Part shown: in pieces, positions 39,449 through 49,061 of the stretch
Numbering within the stretch: the first letter of the stretch is position 1
Layout of the letters: every line of letters starts with the position of its first letter
Assembly (NCBI GenBank): GCA_037305845.1
Contig: CP147778.1
Location: forward strand, 1,376,001 to 1,440,000
Length of the DNA: 64,000 bases
DNA from: Candidatus Freyarchaeum deiterrae
Lineage (GTDB): Archaea > Asgardarchaeota > Jordiarchaeia > Jordiarchaeales > Jordiarchaeaceae
Direction of reading: 5' to 3'
The notes under the pieces: generated by a model
What the model was told of the DNA's origin: nothing
The model's database searches: none
The model's input: only the letters and a program-made list of their open reading frames with translations
Position numbers and translations under genes: made by a program

Positions 39449-40396
39449 TTATTTTTGGTCCCAGTAGGGTTGTCGAATGTATTTGTACGCATTGAGGGCA
39501 GCTTTGATTCCTTCTCCTATTGAGGTTGAGATTCTCATAGCTCCACCCGCTACGTCCCCAGCTGCGAAAATTCCTTCTACACTTGCTTTTTGGTCACAGT
39601 CGACTTTAATTGTGCCATTTTGGTCGATTTCTAGGTGCAGGTCTTTTAGAATTTCGCTACCGGGTATCGTGCCGAAGCAAAAGATAACTTGGTCCGCTCT
39701 CATTTCATTTTTGTTTTTGGTTTTGTTGTTTTGAAGTGTGACTTTTGTTACCAGGTTGTTTCCTTGGATCTTTGTTATTTCAGAGTTATAGATTATGTTT
39801 ACTCTACTTTTGCTTAGTTGTTCTACAAGTACCTCGTCTGCTCTGAAGGATTCACGTCTGTGCACGAGGTGGATCTCTTTTGCTATGTCTTTCAACGTCA
39901 GGGCGGTTTCTATAGCAGTTTCTCCTCCGCCTACCACGATCACTATTTTGTCCTTCATGCCGGAAGGATTTGCAAGCTCGTAACTCACGCCCTTATTTTT
40001 AAATTCCGTCTCTCCCTCAATTCCGCCTACAGAGCTTTTAGAGTGGGAACCGGTGGCAATTATGACCGCTTTCGCTTTGTAGGTTTCTCCATCCTCTGTT
40101 TCAATCAATTTATCACTGTTTTCAATCGAAACTTTGGAAACTCTAGAATTGCATTTGATTTCTGCTCCAAATTTTTCCGCTTGACGGAGCAGGGCTTCTC
40201 CAACTTCTTTTCCCTTCACTCCCTCAGGGAACCCGATGAAGTCGTCTACGATTTTGGTTCCATATACGTTTGCTGGTTTACCGCCAACTCTATTAGCCGC
40301 TTCTAGGACGAGAGTTTTTAGTTTTCTCCTTGCGGCAAAGGCTGCAGCTGAAAGCCCCGCTGGTCCAGCTCCGACTATTACTACATCATATTGCAA
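39449..40396 (-). CDS. TrxR-fold NAD(P)/FAD oxidoreductase lacking CxxC (ferredoxin-NADP reductase-like)
   Basis: GAGPAG, GGGETA, HRR and FAAGD; 'VSYELANP' replaces VSYCxxC. Confidence 0.75.
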   Translation of the reverse strand: MQYDVVIVGAGPAGLSAAAFAARRKLKTLVLEAANRVGGKPANVYGTKIVDDFIGFPEGVKGKEVGEALLRQAEKFGAEIKCNSRVSKVSIENSDKLIETEDGETYKAKAVIIATGSHSKSSVGGIEGETEFKNKGVSYELANPSGMKDKIVIVVGGGETAIETALTLKDIAKEIHLVHRRESFRADEVLVEQLSKSRVNIIYNSEITKIQGNNLVTKVTLQNNKTKNKNEMRADQVIFCFGTIPGSEILKDLHLEIDQNGTIKVDCDQKASVEGIFAAGDVAGGAMRISTSIGEGIKAALNAYKYIRQPYWDQK

Positions 40397-40490
40397 GAGT
40401 TAACCTCTCCAAAATTATAAAAGTTGTATGAAATAGAGAATAAGAATAATAAAAGATTAACCCTATAAATTGTATAAATTGACTTACTAA

Positions 40491-40511
40491 ACTTTTAGAG
40501 TTGTTTAAAGA
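40491..40511 (+). repeat. 21-bp direct repeat, left copy (flanks the Nudix gene)
   Basis: ACTTTTAGAGTTGTTTAAAGA; 20/21 identical to 40911..40931. Confidence 0.8.
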
Positions 40512-40918
40512 TGGTTGCCTTAATCGCTACTGTGGTTATTAAGGATGATGAAGGTAGGGTTCTTTTGGTGAAGGAGAACGGATTATGGGCGGTTCCAGGT
40601 GGGAAGGTGGAGAAAGGTGAAAGGGTGATAGAAGCCGCGGAGAGAGAAATTAGGGAGGAAACAGGATACCAGGTTAATATCACTAGTTTAGCGAGGGTGT
40701 ACGAGTTAAAGAAGGCGGAGGATTACAATCTGTTTTTTGTGTTTAGAGCTAAGATAGTGAAAGGTGTGAGGGAGGGTGATTTAGGGTTTAGATGGTTCAA
40801 TGTGGATGAGATTAAATCATTGAATACCTACCCTGAAACATATATATTACTTAAAGGATTGGAGAAAAAATCCCCAAAATCGGCGGATTATCCCTTTGAG
40901 ATTCATTTTTACTTTTAG
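40511..40918 (+). CDS. Nudix hydrolase
   Basis: Nudix box [23 protein letters not shown]. Confidence 0.9.
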   Translation: MVALIATVVIKDDEGRVLLVKENGLWAVPGGKVEKGERVIEAAEREIREETGYQVNITSLARVYELKKAEDYNLFFVFRAKIVKGVREGDLGFRWFNVDEIKSLNTYPETYILLKGLEKKSPKSADYPFEIHFYF

Positions 40919-40931
40919 AATTGTTTAAAGA
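40911..40931 (+). repeat. 21-bp direct repeat, right copy
   Basis: ACTTTTAGAATTGTTTAAAGA; includes the Nudix stop codon. Confidence 0.8.
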
Positions 40932-41006
40932 AAAATATTATCATAATTATGATAAGGTTTAGCTCGAATAAGCTGATTTTCTAGATTTACTTTGAGTTAA
41001 GAATAG

Positions 41007-41047
41007 TTACACACAATTTTTAAATATCATCCAAATAGATAGCCAAA
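41007..41047 (+). promoter_or_regulatory. Promoter/operator element upstream of meaB-cobO (copy 2 of the 41-bp repeat)
   Basis: TTTAAATA followed by TATC-N9-GATA. Confidence 0.55.
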
Positions 41048-41127
41048 TATAGCTAAGTAAACATCGCATTATTTGAAACCTGGAGTCTTTATCTAAAGAA
41101 ATGAATGAAATCTTGGATGGTTGAGCA

Positions 41128-42096
41128 ATGCGCAGAGAGAATGATATACAGGAGCTCATGTCAAAGTTTTTGGAAAAAGATCGCATGGCACTTGCAAAAA
41201 TTATTACAATTGTGGAGAATGAACCTGAGAGATCCAAGGAAATTTTTGATATTTTATATAAGAACACAGGAAAGGCGTACATGGTTGGTATAACTGGATC
41301 TCCAGGCGCCGGAAAAAGCACATTGATTTGCAAGTTGGCACAAGAGATGAGAAATAGGGCGAAGACCGTGGGGATAATTTCTGTCGATCCCTCCAGTCCT
41401 TTCAGTGGAGGGGCTTTTTTAGGTGATAGAGTTAGGATGAGAGAAATTAACTCTGACCCTGAGATATTCATTCGCAGTGTGGCGTCGAGAGGAATGTCTG
41501 GTGGACTCTCCAAAGCCACTTATGATATCGCCACGGTGTTTGACGCTTATGGTAAAGACTACATAATCATAGAAACAGTGGGAGCGGGACAAGCCGAAGT
41601 CGACGTTATTAAAATCGCGGATACGGTAGTTTGCGTGTTTATGCCGGGGGCTGGTGATTCCATACAGGCTCAGAAAGCAGGAATCATGGAAATCGGTGAT
41701 ATAATGGTAGTAAACAAAGCGGATTTGGATGGCGACAAATTGGTGCTCCAACTGGAGATGGCATTAGATTCTTACACTAGGCAAACCGGTTGGCGCCCAC
41801 CAGTACTCAGCACAATAGCTACTGACGGCGTGGGAATCAGCGAGCTGTTAAACGCTATTGAGGAACACAGAAAACACATTGAATTGTCAGGTTTGTTTGA
41901 AGAAAGACGCAGAAACCATATTGAGAAGAAGATAAAAGATATTGTGGAATCAACAGTTCAGGAATACGTATACAAGTATCTCAACGAGGACAAAGAGATT
42001 GAAAAGCTTGTGGATAAAGTTTTCTCGAGAGAGGATAACCTTTACTCAGCGGCTAGCAAGCTTTTAAAACCAGTTATCAAGAAATTTGAGGAGTAG
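41128..42096 (+). CDS. meaB: Methylmalonyl-CoA mutase-associated GTPase MeaB/ArgK
   Basis: GSPGAGKST, VDPSSPFSGGAFLGDRVRM, ETVGAGQ and NKAD. Confidence 0.93.
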   Translation: MRRENDIQELMSKFLEKDRMALAKIITIVENEPERSKEIFDILYKNTGKAYMVGITGSPGAGKSTLICKLAQEMRNRAKTVGIISVDPSSPFSGGAFLGDRVRMREINSDPEIFIRSVASRGMSGGLSKATYDIATVFDAYGKDYIIIETVGAGQAEVDVIKIADTVVCVFMPGAGDSIQAQKAGIMEIGDIMVVNKADLDGDKLVLQLEMALDSYTRQTGWRPPVLSTIATDGVGISELLNAIEEHRKHIELSGLFEERRRNHIEKKIKDIVESTVQEYVYKYLNEDKEIEKLVDKVFSREDNLYSAASKLLKPVIKKFEE

Positions 42097-42637
42097 AGCA
42101 ATAACCTTGAGACAGAGATTAACTAAGGGAATAATTCAGGCGTACTATGGTACTGGAAAAGGTAAAACCACAGCTTCGCTAGGACTAGCCTTTCGTGCCA
42201 CAGGGCACGGGTTTAAGGTACACATGATACAATTCATGAAAGGAGAAGTGAATTACGGAGAGATAAAAGCCTCTAAAAATTATCCCAACATTAAAATAAC
42301 ACAGTTCGGAAGACCGGAAATAATCGCAGAACCAGAAAAAGTTGACATAGAACAGGCAAAAGAAGCATTAGAACTAGCCAAAAAAACAATCGAAGAAGAC
42401 GAGTACGACGTTCTTATCCTAGACGAGGTGGGAGTAGCCATTGAAATGGGATTAATAAACGTCAAAGACGTTATTGAAATATTGAAAAAAAAGCCCCCAC
42501 AGATGGAAATTGTTCTTACCGGCAGATACATGCATCCCAAACTACTAGAAATTGCTGACCTAGTAACAGAGATGAGAATGGTAAAACACCCCTTCGTCAC
42601 CCAAGGATTACAAGCCAGAAAAGGCATCGACTTCTAG
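42086..42637 (+). CDS. cobO: Cob(I)alamin adenosyltransferase (CobO/BtuR)
   Basis: GTGKGKTTA, IQFMKG, LDE, LTGR and ADLVTEM..KHP motifs. Confidence 0.9.
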   Translation: MRSRAITLRQRLTKGIIQAYYGTGKGKTTASLGLAFRATGHGFKVHMIQFMKGEVNYGEIKASKNYPNIKITQFGRPEIIAEPEKVDIEQAKEALELAKKTIEEDEYDVLILDEVGVAIEMGLINVKDVIEILKKKPPQMEIVLTGRYMHPKLLEIADLVTEMRMVKHPFVTQGLQARKGIDF

Positions 42638-42668
42638 GAAAAATGGGTGAAGAGAAAACTTGTACTAA

Positions 42669-43439
42669 TTAGACGTGACTAACAAGCCAATCCACTATAG
42701 TCTTGAAGACTCTTTTTCTAACGGAAGGCGGAGTAAGATTGTGGTCCGCGTCAAGAATTATTAGTTCTTTTGGTTCCTTAGCCTTCTCGTACAAGGCTTT
42801 CACACCTTCTAGGGGTATTAATTCATCTTGAGCTCCTGCTACAATAAGAAGAGGCTTCGGAGAAATCTTATGCACGAGTTTTATAGGATTGTATTCTTTA
42901 GCTTCCTCTCTAAGAAGAGAGAGTAAGTTAGGATAATTTAGACCTACAACTTCTCCTGGAAGAAAGTATTCCATAGAGTTGATAGTCATTTCGAATAAAG
43001 GGTTACTAAACATCAGCTCTGTATCAAAAACAGGAGCTCTTACTGCAACCGCTTTAACATGATTATCCTCAGCTGCAAAACATATAGCCACCCCACCACC
43101 CATGCTTTCCCCGTAGAGACCTATACGGGATTTATCGACAAAATCGAGTTTGGTAAGATAATTTATAGCATTTCTGCAATCAGTTATCTCCCCCTTAAAA
43201 CTGAATGGACCCTCGAAATCAGGAGATGTACTTTCTCGATGCCCACGGAAATCAAAGCACAGGTAAACATAGCCCATTCTCGCTAGGCTCAAACCAATTT
43301 CGGTCTTGTTCGCGTCTCCTGGGAATCCGTGAAGATAGCAGACAGCGGGGAAAGGAGATTCATGGGGCGAGGAGGGTATCAATATATCACCAACAATATT
43401 TATCCCATCACTTACAAAACTTATTCGTTGGTGTTTCAA
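42669..43439 (-). CDS. Alpha/beta hydrolase
   Basis: HGF, GESMGG nucleophile elbow, and catalytic-triad D and H (QDE, ADH). Confidence 0.85.
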   Translation of the reverse strand: MKHQRISFVSDGINIVGDILIPSSPHESPFPAVCYLHGFPGDANKTEIGLSLARMGYVYLCFDFRGHRESTSPDFEGPFSFKGEITDCRNAINYLTKLDFVDKSRIGLYGESMGGGVAICFAAEDNHVKAVAVRAPVFDTELMFSNPLFEMTINSMEYFLPGEVVGLNYPNLLSLLREEAKEYNPIKLVHKISPKPLLIVAGAQDELIPLEGVKALYEKAKEPKELIILDADHNLTPPSVRKRVFKTIVDWLVSHV

Positions 43440-43592
43440 TTTATTCGCCTGTTGATTTGGTAAATCCGAATTTGATTTTGATGTTGTGGAATATTGGCGG
43501 GTAATTTCTTAAATTTATTGTTTGGCGTAGGTTGATGAAAATAGAAATTTAAGAAAGAGGCGTTTAGGATTTATTAGTGTCTTGTGTAAAGC

Positions 43593-44144
43593 TTGTTGAG
43601 GATTTGGGTAGGAATGGAAAACTTATCAGCTTTGGAGAGTGAGTGGTATATTCTTAACGAGATGCTTGGCGATCTGAAATCTAGGAAGATGCAAGTCCCT
43701 GTGAATGTCGTGGAGAATTTAAGGTATACTCGTTTCATAATTACGCATTACACGGAGTCCACGGAGGGAGAAACACACTCACATGAGGATTATCTTATGG
43801 ATTTAGAAGTAGCTCTAAATAATGTAAAGGCGGCACTGTTTGCTACAGCTCAGGAATTGGGTGAGGACTATGTTGCTCTATGGAAGAAGAAAATTGATGA
43901 GGCCCCACTGAATCCTCCGCCACAGCGTAAAAAGACTTTTGTTAAGGGAGTGCCTAGAGACAGCGGATTAGACTTTGTGCGTATTAGGTTTGATAGGGTT
44001 ATACCAGAATCGGAATTGACACATGTCGCCAAAAAGTATAAAGTCAGCATAGAGTTAGAGGAGAAAGAAAAAATGGCCGTTGTGTCGGGCGCTCGAGAGA
44101 ATGTTAAGGAAGCAATTCAAGAGATAGCAAAAAAATATTTATAG
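43593..44144 (+). CDS. DUF2096 family archaeal protein
   Basis: 'W.IL..ML.DL', 'FVKGVPR..DFVRIRF' and 'G..ENVKEAI' pattern. Confidence 0.6.
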   Translation: MLRIWVGMENLSALESEWYILNEMLGDLKSRKMQVPVNVVENLRYTRFIITHYTESTEGETHSHEDYLMDLEVALNNVKAALFATAQELGEDYVALWKKKIDEAPLNPPPQRKKTFVKGVPRDSGLDFVRIRFDRVIPESELTHVAKKYKVSIELEEKEKMAVVSGARENVKEAIQEIAKKYL

Positions 44145-44174
44145 ATTGTTATTGGTTTCTAAATTAGATTGGTT

Positions 44175-44972
44175 TTAGGGTAATTCCTTCTCTAGTCTTT
44201 CTTTTATTTTTATGATTTGTTTTATGGATGCAGATTCGGGGGAGCTATCTAACGGTGCTTCATCGTGCAAATCCGCTTTGATTATTTCACGATCGTAGGG
44301 AATCACGGCGATAAGTTCTAGCCCCAATTCCTTGCTAGCCTTCTGCAAAAATTTAGCTTCTTCATCATCAGCAACTTTATTTCCAACTATGAAGAGTTTC
44401 TGGACGCCTAATCCTTCTGCAAGCTCTTTGATCCTTTTAGCGAGATCCAGGGAACGTGATCCAGGCTCCACAACTATTAACATGGCGTCTACTGCTTTCG
44501 CTGTTCCCCGTCCTAAGTGCTCTATCCCAGCCTCCATGTCCATAACTACTATTTCGTCTCTTTTAAGCACTATATGAGACAATAGAGCTCTTATGAGGGC
44601 GTTGCCCGGACACATACATCCTCCGCTTGGTTGTGTAACTGTACCCATTACCAGCAGCTGGACTCCATCTGGGCCTATAACCTTGAAGCGGTCTGGAATA
44701 TCAGCTACCTTAGGGTTGATTATGAAGACGCCCCCCGAAGAACCAGGCTTCGCACCTGTACGTTCCTCCACAAGTTCATTCATCTCAGAGATAGGGGTTA
44801 CTTTCTCCATGGTTTCGCGGGCAATACCCAGCGCCTTGTAAAGATTCATACTGGGATCCGCATCAATTGCAAAAACTTTTAATCCTTCTCTTCCAAAAAG
44901 GCGTGCTAAACTTCCAGCCACAGTGGTTTTTCCTACTCCTCCTTTGCCGGCTACTGCGATTTTAAGACCCAA
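44175..44972 (-). CDS. cooC: CO dehydrogenase maturation / Ni-insertion ATPase CooC
   Basis: GKGGVGKT, IDADP, GCMCP and DMEAGIEHLGRG. Confidence 0.88.
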   Translation of the reverse strand: MGLKIAVAGKGGVGKTTVAGSLARLFGREGLKVFAIDADPSMNLYKALGIARETMEKVTPISEMNELVEERTGAKPGSSGGVFIINPKVADIPDRFKVIGPDGVQLLVMGTVTQPSGGCMCPGNALIRALLSHIVLKRDEIVVMDMEAGIEHLGRGTAKAVDAMLIVVEPGSRSLDLAKRIKELAEGLGVQKLFIVGNKVADDEEAKFLQKASKELGLELIAVIPYDREIIKADLHDEAPLDSSPESASIKQIIKIKERLEKELP

Positions 44973-45142
44973 GCAATGACCTCCGGGTTGATGTTTTTCT
45001 CTTTTTGTTTTTACCAGAAGGTGGGTTTTGCTTAATAACTTTTTGAGGTTTAGGATAGGAGTGGTTAATCCTTAAGTCCGTTAAATTATTTTAGTAGAGT
45101 AGTGTTAGGATTTATGGCTTTTATGCATAGAAATGAAATTAA

Positions 45143-45610
45143 TTGTATGGTGGTCTTATGGGTCAGGAACATGGTTTTTTGAGTAGGGAGATTAGAGCAG
45201 GGATTGAAGATTTTTTGAAGGGAGATTTGAGGTTATCTGAAAGTATGAAGTTTAAACAGAAAAAAAATGAAAATGCTGTTATTGTTACCACCAATATTTA
45301 TTTAAAAGAGAAATCTGAGCTCCAAGAATTTTTTTTACATATTTCTGCTGCTGTAGAATCTATTATTAAGAAACATTTGGCGCTTAATGGTGAAATAATA
45401 AAATTAAGCGCCGAGAAGGGAACGGTTAGCGACAGGGGAGAAATTTGGTTTGAGATAGTTGAAGGAGTGGTGTTTGAGGTTTATTGCTTCACCTGTAAGT
45501 CGATAAGCTTTGTAAGAGTCCTGCATGAAAAGCAGCTCTATGGAGAAAAAAATGAGTGGATAAGTTTAGACATAGACGAGTATTTGGATTCGCAATGGTT
45601 TGAAGAGTAG
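45143..45610 (+). CDS. Hypothetical protein
   Basis: Clean ORF with a CxxC near the C-terminus. Confidence 0.55.
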   Translation: MYGGLMGQEHGFLSREIRAGIEDFLKGDLRLSESMKFKQKKNENAVIVTTNIYLKEKSELQEFFLHISAAVESIIKKHLALNGEIIKLSAEKGTVSDRGEIWFEIVEGVVFEVYCFTCKSISFVRVLHEKQLYGEKNEWISLDIDEYLDSQWFEE

Positions 45611-45705
45611 GGAGATTTTTACTATTGAAGTCACAAAAATTTTATTTCAAGCCCTACTCGTACGAGAATTATAATCTCTTTATTAGGAGAGGATGATATT
45701 GCTAA

Positions 45706-46713
45706 CTATTTTCTTTTCGAAGTTTTCGGTGCAGTTTTAGGTGTTACTTTCGGCTCAGGCTTGGGTGCAGTTCCGGGTTTTGGTTTTTGTTCTGTTTTCG
45801 GTATTGCTTTTGGTTCTGGCTTTGCGAGTTCATCTCCACCTAGCTCAAAGAAGAATATTCTTTCTGGTTTAAATTGTGATGGACTTGGGGCTTTTTCTAC
45901 TTTAATTTGTCCCTTGATGAGTTCTATGTCTCCTGTAAGAGGATTCATTATGAATTCTTTCTCTTCGGTTTTCCCATCATGGGATGGAATTTTTACTTTT
46001 ATTAGTCCATCTTCGAATTGCCATTCGAAAGTTATTAGTGGTTTCCATTGTCCTTGTTTTCCCATTACGTATAGTTTGGGTATCGCTTTTGGATTTTCAT
46101 GCACATCCTCCATCAACGAGCTGAGTTTCGAGAAGGTTTTTTCTGTCCCATCGGGATAGGTGGCTTTAAATGGAGGAATGTACTCTACCAGGAAAAAATT
46201 TTGTTTTTCATCAATCATGGGATAAGACATATTGGTGGCTGTGATAAGAGATGTTCCCAGTTCTAACTCGAAGTTTATGAGAAACGTTGTTTCCGCTACT
46301 TCGTACAGCTCTTCGGTAAGTTTCTGAGCGTTAAATTTGATTTCGCTCCAGCTTAGTCCAAGCTTGAAGGAAGGGGCGCCCCCCTGTTCTTCGGCTTCGG
46401 ATAAAGTTTGAATAAAGTTTTTCTCAGGTTTATTTTTGGAAACTGTTTTTTTATAAAAATCCTCTAGTTTTTTCTCATGCTCCTCATCACAGTAGAGTTC
46501 AACCATGATGTCGAGACGTTTTAATTCACCTTTTTTACCGCTCAACATATCTTGTATATCAGCTGCTTTTAACGTGTCTCTGAGCCTCTTCACCGCGCCT
46601 CCGGTGAGGGCGAGTTTTCTGTAAAGTTTTCTATGCGCGGCTATTGTGTTGTATAAGGAATCGGAAATTGGGGGACGCGTTTCCTCCAAATATAATCGTT
46701 GGGTCTTTTCCAT
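45706..46713 (-). CDS. Hypothetical protein with a Pro/Lys-rich repeat tail
   Basis: Long ORF; C-terminal KPEPK/TAPK repeats. Confidence 0.65.
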   Translation of the reverse strand: MEKTQRLYLEETRPPISDSLYNTIAAHRKLYRKLALTGGAVKRLRDTLKAADIQDMLSGKKGELKRLDIMVELYCDEEHEKKLEDFYKKTVSKNKPEKNFIQTLSEAEEQGGAPSFKLGLSWSEIKFNAQKLTEELYEVAETTFLINFELELGTSLITATNMSYPMIDEKQNFFLVEYIPPFKATYPDGTEKTFSKLSSLMEDVHENPKAIPKLYVMGKQGQWKPLITFEWQFEDGLIKVKIPSHDGKTEEKEFIMNPLTGDIELIKGQIKVEKAPSPSQFKPERIFFFELGGDELAKPEPKAIPKTEQKPKPGTAPKPEPKVTPKTAPKTSKRK

Positions 46714-46803
46714 TTATAATCTTCTCCTGAACGGATTCTGAATCAGAAGTGTGTGTTATTAATATTATATTATGTAAGCACAAATACAAAAGTATTCTCC
46801 AAC

Positions 46804-47589
46804 TTACGCTAAAATAGACCCATAAATTACTAGGAAGATTAACATAATAGCATATGACGAAATGAACGCAGCAGTCGTAGATAGCTCGTTTACCTGCCGG
46901 ATCCCTAGCGCTATTATAAATGCCGCCCAGAGCCAGCAAGCGAACTCTATAATTGCAACAACATTCCAAACCGCGGACATGAAAACAAGGGTTATAGATA
47001 TTCCTGCCTGGAGGAGATTAGCGCCAACTGGAATAACTGTTGAAGGCAGGCTTGTAAAGAGAATTATAACGGATATAGCTCTACCTATGAGTACCGGCGT
47101 GTAAGCATAGCCGATTATTGATAAATCCCTTTTGTAGCTGCTCTTTTTTCCCACTAATTTGAACGGAAGCCAGTAGAGGAAACCAATAAACAGAAACTGA
47201 ATGAAGACCAACACAGCATTTGAGAATATTCTGCCTAAAATGGCTCCATTGCCCAAAGCACTAAGAATCCAATAATCCCCGAAAGGAAAAATATGATTCC
47301 ACCCTGCGGCATAGTAGAGGGCAAGGCCAAGGACGTTAAGCAAATATATTATAAAAGGTCCTGCAGCGTCAGGAGCTCTTGAAATATCGTAAAAGGCTTG
47401 GCTAGGGGCAATTATGGCTTTAGCTATTCGAACCGGAAAGGGCATTGCACTAATTGGTTCTTTTTCAGGCCTTTTGAGTAAAGGAAGCAGTCTCTCTAGA
47501 GTTTCTTCAGCTAACCGGTAATTACAATCCGGACAAACTTCTTCATCTGCTGCAACAAGTGCACCACACCTCGGACAACTCATGGTCAT
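46804..47589 (-). CDS. Zinc-ribbon + Yip1 domain membrane protein
   Basis: CPRCG...CPDC; Yip1 pattern 'P..AF..I', 'SIIGYAYTP' and multiple TM segments. Confidence 0.75.
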   Translation of the reverse strand: MTMSCPRCGALVAADEEVCPDCNYRLAEETLERLLPLLKRPEKEPISAMPFPVRIAKAIIAPSQAFYDISRAPDAAGPFIIYLLNVLGLALYYAAGWNHIFPFGDYWILSALGNGAILGRIFSNAVLVFIQFLFIGFLYWLPFKLVGKKSSYKRDLSIIGYAYTPVLIGRAISVIILFTSLPSTVIPVGANLLQAGISITLVFMSAVWNVVAIIEFACWLWAAFIIALGIRQVNELSTTAAFISSYAIMLIFLVIYGSILA

Positions 47590-47844
47590 ATGAACTTCTC
47601 CATTGTTTAATGGAATATTTCGCTTTGGCTTCCCTAATCAGACTTGATGAGTTGAATTACCCTTAGATGGAAAATTTCGTTCCCAATTTAAATGAACACT
47701 GGAATCGCAGGTTTTCGGTATTTAGCCTTGAAACCAAGAGTACAAGTACTCACCATTTGTGGAGAACTTTAGTGAATTAATAGACGAGAGTGAATATATT
47801 TTTTCTGTTTATTATAAATTGGCGCCAAAACACATCTAACAGAC

Positions 47845-48492
47845 TTATTTCAAAATTTTTCCGGTTTTCATGAACCATAAGTATAGGTCTAATTCCCCAA
47901 GAGATAGACCCACCCTTTCACTCAACATTTCCAATTTTTGCTCTATTTCAAGGTATTTTTTTCTGGTCAATGTTTTAGGAATTTCACTAATTAACCCATA
48001 TTCAAGCATAACTCTTAGGATGTGCCTATCGAGTATGGCAACATTCTTAAAGCCAACATTTCTAAGAAAGTGGCTAGCCTCTTTGTAGCCTAAACCCATA
48101 ACATTCTTGACCAACCATTCTCTAGCTACCCTTTCATCAGAAAAACTAGTAATAATTTCTTTGATATTGAGAAAATCTCTTGCACAAACAATAAAATCAG
48201 CTCTTCTCTCTGAAAATCTATGACCCTCTTCCCTAAGTTTGCAACAAAGATTTTCTTGGGGCAGTCTTAAGAAATCCTCACAGTTTAGATCTCTTTGAAT
48301 TTTTAAACCAAGCTCAGCGCTAGAATACGCCGTTAAAATACAAAAACAAAGCTCCGAAAACCACTCTTCATTTCCCTTATCATGAAGCCCCTTAAAATCA
48401 CTCATCCGCTTGGAAATTTGTCCACTTACTGAACCAGCTTTCAGCACATTTACTTTCTTAACCAAATCGTCTATTCCCAAGAGGGACACCAT
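47845..48492 (-). CDS. ogg: 8-oxoguanine DNA glycosylase/AP lyase (archaeal Ogg)
   Basis: ELCFCILTA, GLGYKEASHFLRNVG, ILDRH and LDLYLW. Confidence 0.92.
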   Translation of the reverse strand: MVSLLGIDDLVKKVNVLKAGSVSGQISKRMSDFKGLHDKGNEEWFSELCFCILTAYSSAELGLKIQRDLNCEDFLRLPQENLCCKLREEGHRFSERRADFIVCARDFLNIKEIITSFSDERVAREWLVKNVMGLGYKEASHFLRNVGFKNVAILDRHILRVMLEYGLISEIPKTLTRKKYLEIEQKLEMLSERVGLSLGELDLYLWFMKTGKILK

Positions 48493-48581
48493 TACTAGAT
48501 TATAAAAAAGGAAACCCCACTTTCATCTAAAATTAATAGAAACGAACAAGTACCAAATATAATTATTTTTTGAAAATTTTT

Positions 48582-48848
48582 CTAGAATATACCAATTTCG
48601 GTTGCCACATCAATCGCATTGTTTTCTGATGAAAGTTTTACGAAGGCCTTTTTCTTACCCCCGGGAAGAATCAGGGTAGTCACTTTATCAACCTTCACAT
48701 TGTAGAGCTCTTCTACAGCCCTCTTTATACTCGTCTTATTAGCGGTTCGATACACTAGAAAAACTATCTTATTTTGGGATTCTATCAGTTCCAACGCAGA
48801 TTCCGTGGTTACAGGCCTTATTATAACCTTGTAAGGATTAAAACCCAT
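48582..48848 (-). CDS. rpl23: 50S ribosomal protein L23 (uL23)
   Basis: IIRPVTTE, NK..IKRAVEELYNVKVDKVTT and GKKKAFVKL. Confidence 0.93.
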   Translation of the reverse strand: MGFNPYKVIIRPVTTESALELIESQNKIVFLVYRTANKTSIKRAVEELYNVKVDKVTTLILPGGKKKAFVKLSSENNAIDVATEIGIF

Positions 48849-49061
48849 TTGACTTGTCTCCTACATTATAACAATGCTCTGTAAAGCAAGAGCAGAGCCC
48901 TTAATTAAATTTTTCTTATCGAAAAGCCTTCGAACCAAATTAACCATCTACCCAAGAACACAAAAAGCCACATCTTCATATGTAGAATTACAAATTTTAG
49001 ATGTTCACCTTAACAAATAAAGACTGAAACATAAAAAGAATCGGTAGAGCATAATAGCCTC

